A stretch of 64,000 bases of DNA from Candidatus Latescibacterota bacterium (GTDB taxonomy: Bacteria; Latescibacterota; UBA2968; UBA8231), in the NCBI GenBank assembly GCA_965221775.1, contig CBDCSU010000004.1, positions 512,001 through 576,000 of the forward strand. The letters run 5' to 3'. The notes beneath the pieces were generated by a model that did no database searches, was not told where the DNA came from, and was given only the letters and a program-made list of their open reading frames with translations. Made by a program: the position numbers and the translations under genes. Each line of letters starts with the position of its first letter. Position 1 is the first letter of the stretch. This document shows positions 59,394 to 64,000 of this stretch, piece after piece.

Positions 59394-59942
59394 TCAGGTA
59401 GTTACGCTCTCGTCGACCGCCTCCACCTGGAGCACGTCGAGCTCGACCGGGGTCCCACGACCAAAGATGCTGACCACGATCTTCAGTCTCCTCTTTTCGG
59501 GGATCACCTCCTGCACCGTGCCGATGAAGTCCTTGAATGCGCCATCGACGACCTTCACCTGGTCACCGGCCACGTAGGGGATCTCCTCGACTTCCTGAGC
59601 CTTTCGCCGGTCCGCGTGGCCCAGGATGTGGTCGACCTCCGCCTGGGTCAGGGGCTGTGGCTTGCGGGCCGGACCGACGAAGTTGGTGACCCCCGGGACG
59701 TTGGTCACCAGATGCCAGGCATCCTTGCTCATCTCCATCTCCACCAGGACATAGCTGGGGAGAAAGCGTCTCTTGGAGATCGTCTTCTTGCCGCCCCGCA
59801 TCTCCACCACCTCCTCCGTCGGCACGACGACCTTGGCGATGGCGCCTTCGGCGGCGCCCTGCTGGATCAGGGTCTCGAGGTAGGTCTTGACCTTGTTCTC
59901 GTGTCCGGAATAGGTGTGGAGCGCGTACCACTGCTCGGCCAT
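59394..59942 (-). CDS. nusG: Transcription termination/antitermination factor NusG
   Basis: WYALHTYSGHENKV, PGVTNFVG, KOW domain, IFGRGTPVEL. Confidence 0.97.
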   Translation of the reverse strand: MAEQWYALHTYSGHENKVKTYLETLIQQGAAEGAIAKVVVPTEEVVEMRGGKKTISKRRFLPSYVLVEMEMSKDAWHLVTNVPGVTNFVGPARKPQPLTQAEVDHILGHADRRKAQEVEEIPYVAGDQVKVVDGAFKDFIGTVQEVIPEKRRLKIVVSIFGRGTPVELDVLQVEAVDESVTT

Positions 59943-59970
59943 GGTGCGACCTTCCGCTTTTCTCTATCCC

Positions 59971-60159
59971 CTACAGCACGATGAGGATGGACCGGATGTA
60001 GGAAAGAACGAGATCGAAGAGGCCGACGAAGATCGCGAAGGCGATGGAGAATACGATGACTACCGTCGTGGAATTCACCAATTCCTCCCGGGTGGGCCAG
60101 ATGACCCTGGCGAACTCGCCGCGCACTTCGCCCAGAAAGCCTGTCAGCTTGTCGAACAT
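59971..60159 (-). CDS. secE: Preprotein translocase SecE
   Basis: EVRGEFARVIWPTREEL + single TM; between tRNA-Trp and nusG. Confidence 0.93.
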   Translation of the reverse strand: MFDKLTGFLGEVRGEFARVIWPTREELVNSTTVVIVFSIAFAIFVGLFDLVLSYIRSILIVL

Positions 60160-60210
60160 CCAGAGTCGGGATTCCTGTGCGATCCCCGCATTTCCCCCCG
60201 CTGATGATCT

Positions 60211-60287
60211 TGGCAGGCCCGGCAGGACTTGAACCTGCAACCGCCGGTTTTGGAGACCGGTGCTCTACCAGATTGAGCTACAGGCCT
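60211..60287 (-). tRNA. trnW: tRNA-Trp (CCA)
   Basis: AGGCCTGTAGCTCAATCTGGTAGAGCACCGGTCT-CCA-AAACCGGCGGTTGCAGGTTCAAGTCCTGCCGGGCCTG-CCA; full cloverleaf, encoded CCA end. Confidence 0.97.
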
Positions 60288-60438
60288 ACCGCGTCTCCCG
60301 GTGCAAGGTCTGCCGTCCGCAGTGGGCACAGTACTTCCGATACTCGACCCGGTCCGGATGAGCCCGGCGGTTCTTCGTAGCCGAGTAGTTGCGACGGCTA
60401 CACACCTCGCACTCGAGTGTGATGCGATGCCTTGGCAT
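60286..60438 (-). CDS. rpmG: 50S ribosomal protein L33 (Zn type)
   Basis: [18 protein letters not shown]...KYCAHC...HRETR. Confidence 0.96.
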   Translation of the reverse strand: MPRHRITLECEVCSRRNYSATKNRRAHPDRVEYRKYCAHCGRQTLHRETR

Positions 60439-60499
60439 CTCGTGACCGCCCCGGCGACCGGCACCGGGGCTGCCCAAGCCCCAGGATTGCCCTGTTTGC

Positions 60500-60575
<76 letters not shown>

Positions 60576-60602
60576 TCGCATGGCTGACGTGGTGGCGGGA
60601 AA

Positions 60603-60679
60603 TGGAGCGGGAAACGGGACTCGAACCCGCGACATCGAGCTTGGAAGGCTCGCGCTCTAGCCAACTGAGCTACTCCCGC
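60603..60679 (-). tRNA. trnG: tRNA-Gly (TCC)
   Basis: GCGGGAGTAGCTCAGTTGGCTAGAGCGCGAGCCT-TCC-AAGCTCGATGTCGCGGGTTCGAGTCCCGTTTCCCGCT-CCA; U73 discriminator. Confidence 0.97.
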
Positions 60680-60750
60680 CCTCCATCTGCCCGCCGCCGG
60701 GCGCCATGGCTCCGGCTGCCGGCAGGATGCCCGCCGGATACAGACCTGAG

Positions 60751-60779
60751 AAAATACAGCTAGTCGGGATAGGTGTCAA
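60751..60779 (-). promoter_or_regulatory. Sigma70 promoter of the tRNA-rpmG-secE-nusG cluster
   Basis: TTGACA (60779-60774) N17 TATTTT (60756-60751). Confidence 0.7.
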
Positions 60780-60800
60780 CCCTAACCGAGAGGACCGATT

Positions 60801-61304
60801 TCAGGACCCTTGGGAGCCGCGGCGGGCGTCCAAGTCACGGGTGATCCTGACGATCTTGTAGTGGAGTACCCCTGCAGGCACCTTGATCTCCACCTCCTCG
60901 CCCTCTTCCCTGCCCAGCAGCCCCCTGCCGATGGGAGACACGGTCGAGATCTTGCCCTGGTCGAAATCCGCCTCCTCCGGGGATACGAGCGTATAGGTGA
61001 GCTCCCCTCCCTTGCCCAGGTCCGCCAACTGCACGGTAGCGCCGATGTAGACCTTGTCGTCGGGGATGTCCTCGGCCTCGATCAGCCGGGCCCTGCTGAG
61101 GGTTTCCTCGAGCCGGCCGATCCGCTGCTCGAGGAACATCAGTCTCTCCTTGGCGGCCGAATACTCCGCATTCTCGGAGAGATCCCCGAACTCACGGGCC
61201 CGTTGAAGGGCCTGACGTACCTTGGGACGCTCGTCCGTTCGGAGCTGCACCAACTCGTCCTTGAGCTTCTGCAGGCCCTCTCGCGACAGATAGACCTCGG
61301 TCAT
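60801..61304 (-). CDS. greA: Transcription elongation factor GreA
   Basis: AREFGDLSENAEY, GKISTVSPIGRGLLG, VPAG. Confidence 0.97.
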   Translation of the reverse strand: MTEVYLSREGLQKLKDELVQLRTDERPKVRQALQRAREFGDLSENAEYSAAKERLMFLEQRIGRLEETLSRARLIEAEDIPDDKVYIGATVQLADLGKGGELTYTLVSPEEADFDQGKISTVSPIGRGLLGREEGEEVEIKVPAGVLHYKIVRITRDLDARRGSQGS

Positions 61305-61431
61305 GGCAATAGCTGGCTCCTGATGCCCCTGGCGCCCCGTCCCCGCAGGGTGAAACAAAAAGCGGAAGCGTGGCTCCCATTCCTGAAGGGGCCGCTTCCG
61401 CATTCGAGCAACCTTCGCTAGTGACCCGGCC

Positions 61432-61460
61432 AATATAATTGCAGCCAACCCCGGTGGCAA
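61432..61460 (-). promoter_or_regulatory. Putative greA promoter overlapping a divergent TATAAT
   Basis: Minus strand TTGCCA (61460-61455) N17 TATATT (61437-61432); plus-strand TATAAT at 61434-61439 without a clear -35. Confidence 0.5.
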
Positions 61461-61622
61461 GGTGGCGTCCCCCATCAGCGCCGCTGAACCGCGACGGCGG
61501 GACTCGGACAGCGGGTGGGACCCGGACGCCGCCCGCCTGGAACCGGCGCCCCTCGGGTCCCTCGCAGGCGCCGTGGCAATCCGCCTTGCCCTGCCTTGGG
61601 GAGGGCGCTTAGGTTCCGCTTC

Positions 61623-62606
61623 GTGGCAGCGAATTCAAGCCTCTCTTCCGATCCGTACACCGCCGCTGCACGGGGGGCGGCTCTCCTCGACGCCTGCGGC
61701 CGGGGGCGCATCCTGTTCACGGGCCCCGACCACCTCGACTTCCTGCACCGGATGTCGACCAACGGGATCGCCGGGAGCGCTGTTGGCCAAGGCCTGGAGA
61801 CGGTGTTCTGCGACTCCCGTGGGCGGATCGTTCAGGTCGCTGACCTGAGCCGCACCGCCGAGGAAGAGACCACCGCTTTCGTCGAGGATTCCCCGGCGTT
61901 GCTCGCTTGGCTCGAGCCCTACCGGTTTGCCGAGCGCATGGAGTGGACGGACATCACCGGGGCTACAGGGCAGATCGAGCTACTGGGACCCGCCGCGGCG
62001 GAGGTCTCTCGATCAACCCTCGGTGCGGACCCCGGGGAGTCTGCAGCCATCCTTCCCCCCGGCGGGCCCCTGTTGGGGATGCGGCGCCGGATGGGCGGTT
62101 CACCGACTCTACGCCTGTGGGGGCCGCGCACCGAGATCGAGCGATGTCGCCGCCGGCTGCTGGCCGCGGGAGCGGCTGAACTCGACGCCCGGACCTGGGA
62201 GATTCTGCGAGTCGAGTGGGGGCTTCCCGCGGCGGGTCGCGAGCTGACCCTGGACCACAATCCCTGGGAGGCCGGTCTGGGAGACGCCGTCCACATGGAC
62301 AAGGGGTGCTACATCGGTCAGGAGGTCGTCGCCCGCCTGGATACCTACCAGAAGGTGAAGCAGCACCTCGTCGGCCTGCGCCCCAACCGGGAGATCCGGC
62401 CCGGCGCGCAGGTGAAGGCCGGAGGCAGGCCCGCGGGCCTGGTGACCAGCAGCGTCTCGTCGCCCAGGCTTGGGCTACTCGCCCTGGCCTACGTGCGTAC
62501 CGACTACTGCCGGCCCGGAACGCACCTGTCCGTGGACGGCGCAGCGGCCGTAGTCAGCGGCCTTCCATTCGACCCGGATTGGCGCCCGGACGGGCCGGGC
62601 CGGTGA
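61623..62606 (+). CDS. ygfZ: YgfZ/GcvT-like folate-binding protein
   Basis: KGCYIGQEVVAR signature, DFLHRMSTN, GcvT C-terminal barrel. Start re-picked at GTG 61623. Confidence 0.9.
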   Translation: MAANSSLSSDPYTAAARGAALLDACGRGRILFTGPDHLDFLHRMSTNGIAGSAVGQGLETVFCDSRGRIVQVADLSRTAEEETTAFVEDSPALLAWLEPYRFAERMEWTDITGATGQIELLGPAAAEVSRSTLGADPGESAAILPPGGPLLGMRRRMGGSPTLRLWGPRTEIERCRRRLLAAGAAELDARTWEILRVEWGLPAAGRELTLDHNPWEAGLGDAVHMDKGCYIGQEVVARLDTYQKVKQHLVGLRPNREIRPGAQVKAGGRPAGLVTSSVSSPRLGLLALAYVRTDYCRPGTHLSVDGAAAVVSGLPFDPDWRPDGPGR

Positions 62607-63703
62607 GCGGCGGCCGCAAGATCATTCACATCGACATGGACGCGTTCTACGCCTCCGTGGAGCAACGGGACGATCCGAGCCTCCGGGGACGGCCCGTCGT
62701 AGTCGGCGGCAATCCCGAAGGGCGAGGCGTGGTCGCCGCGGCCTCGTACGAGGCCCGTGCCTTCGGGGTGCGCTCGGCCATGCCGATGCGAACGGCACTG
62801 CGGCTGTGCCCCGAGGCGGTCCGGGCAGCCCCTGACTTCGGCCGATACAGGGAGGTCTCCCGGCAGATCCGGGAGATCTTCCACCAGCACACGGACCTGG
62901 TCGAGCCCCTCGCCCTCGACGAGGCGTATCTGGACGTCACCCGCAACAAACTCGGAATCCCTTTCGGCCACCGCGTGGCTCGCACGATCAAGGCCGAGAT
63001 CCGCCACCGGCTCCGACTCACCGCCTCGGCCGGTGTCGCGCCCTGCAAGTTCGTCGCCAAGATCGCCTCCGACCTCGAAAAGCCCGATGGGCTGGTCACC
63101 GTCATGCCCCACCAGGTGCGGGAATTCCTCCACCCCCTGAGTGTTGAGCGGATCCCGGGTGTCGGAAAGGTGACCCAACAGCAGCTGCAGTCCCTGGGAT
63201 ACGAGACCATCGGACAACTGGCACAGGCGGATCCCTCCCGGCTCGAGGAGCGCTTCGGCAAGCGCGGCCGATACCTGCACCAGCGGGCCCTGGGTATCGA
63301 CGATGGACCTGTGACGACCGAGAGGGAGCCGAAGCAGGTGAGCTCCGAGTCGACCTTCCCCGCCGATCTCTTCGATCCGGAGGAGATGCACGGCGCGCTG
63401 CGAACCCTCACGGAAGAGGTGGCCGGCCGGCTGCGGCGGCGGGGGCTTGCGGGCCGAACGGTGATGCTCAAGGTCCGCTACCCCGACTTCGAGACAGTCA
63501 CCCGGGCGCAGACGGGAAGTCTGCCTCTCGACCGCTGCGAGCCGATGCTGAGGATCGCCGTCGACCTGCTGGGCCGGACCGACGCGGTGCGCAGGGGGGT
63601 CCGGCTCCTCGGGGTCGGCCTCTCTCACTTTGGCGACCGTGAGACTCCGGAGACGGCGCGGCAGTTGGACCTATTCGTAGGGGACGAGTCCTCCCATGCC
63701 TGA
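62603..63703 (+). CDS. dinB: DNA polymerase IV
   Basis: IIHIDMDAFYASVE, ASYEARAFGV, LDEAYLD, AKIASD..KPDG, GVRLLGV; GTGA overlap with ygfZ. Confidence 0.97.
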   Translation: MSGGRKIIHIDMDAFYASVEQRDDPSLRGRPVVVGGNPEGRGVVAAASYEARAFGVRSAMPMRTALRLCPEAVRAAPDFGRYREVSRQIREIFHQHTDLVEPLALDEAYLDVTRNKLGIPFGHRVARTIKAEIRHRLRLTASAGVAPCKFVAKIASDLEKPDGLVTVMPHQVREFLHPLSVERIPGVGKVTQQQLQSLGYETIGQLAQADPSRLEERFGKRGRYLHQRALGIDDGPVTTEREPKQVSSESTFPADLFDPEEMHGALRTLTEEVAGRLRRRGLAGRTVMLKVRYPDFETVTRAQTGSLPLDRCEPMLRIAVDLLGRTDAVRRGVRLLGVGLSHFGDRETPETARQLDLFVGDESSHA

Positions 63704-63711
63704 CCCGAGGG

Positions 63712-64000
63712 CTACTCGTGGAGGCCAGGCTGGTAGAGGCCGACGCTGTAGAACTCGTACGACGCCGCCTTGTCGGGGAAGTCGACGACGTGGACGGTGA
63801 ATCTGGAGGGCACCCCGGTGTGGGCCATGTGATCGCGGAAGAAGCCGCTGTAGGCCTCGGCGTATTCCTTGTAGAGGCGCTGCTGCTCGGCCAGGTACCC
63901 CTCCGGGTCGAGGCGGGGGTCGGGGGCCTTCGGCTGTGAGGCGAAGGCGTGAACCTCCACGAAGTCGATCCGCGCTATGGAGTCGCAGATCCCGGCTTGC
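63712..64000 (-). CDS. Rid/YjgF-like protein, C-terminal part (5' end outside the window)
   Basis: Frame open to the window edge; YAEAYSGFF...PSRFTVHVVDFP...YEF resembles the Rid Y..FF...P.R..V.V..LP...E motif. Confidence 0.55.
   Translation of the reverse strand, partial: QAGICDSIARIDFVEVHAFASQPKAPDPRLDPEGYLAEQQRLYKEYAEAYSGFFRDHMAHTGVPSRFTVHVVDFPDKAASYEFYSVGLYQPGLHE

Overview
High-GC bacterial chromosome segment with almost all genes on the minus strand. Gene content and order suggest an FCB-superphylum-type diderm such as Latescibacterota or Gemmatimonadota, but that is inference only. 1-9.4 kb: secreted S1/P1-nuclease/Zn-PLC-type gene (partial, missed by the ORF track), 1-Cys peroxiredoxin, a small HTH + ssb operon behind a near-consensus sigma70 promoter covered by a palindromic, LexA-box-like operator, a class V aminotransferase, recG, and a stand-alone murG(+HEAT repeats)-mraY pair. 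9.4-27 kb: a tightly coupled MoxR-DUF58-BatA-E operon with a GldA/GldF/tandem-GldG/DUF4340 ABC module inserted in its middle, preceded by LpoA-like, FmdB and TPR-lipoprotein genes. 27-31.5 kb: a zinc-finger-less ClpX paralog, a sigma54 activator with a pseudo-receiver domain, and rlmD. 31.6-60.7 kb: the tRNA-Gly/Thr-rpmG-tRNA-Trp-secE-nusG-rplKAJL-rpoBC-str-S10-spc-alpha cluster. Its oddities are that rplC (L3) is absent from the S10 operon, the rpmG stop codon overlaps the 5' end of tRNA-Trp, and RpoB has substitutions at two rifamycin-pocket positions. The window ends with greA, ygfZ-dinB and a partial Rid-family gene. No CRISPR array, transposase or integrase was seen. Many start codons were re-picked by eye and are approximate.
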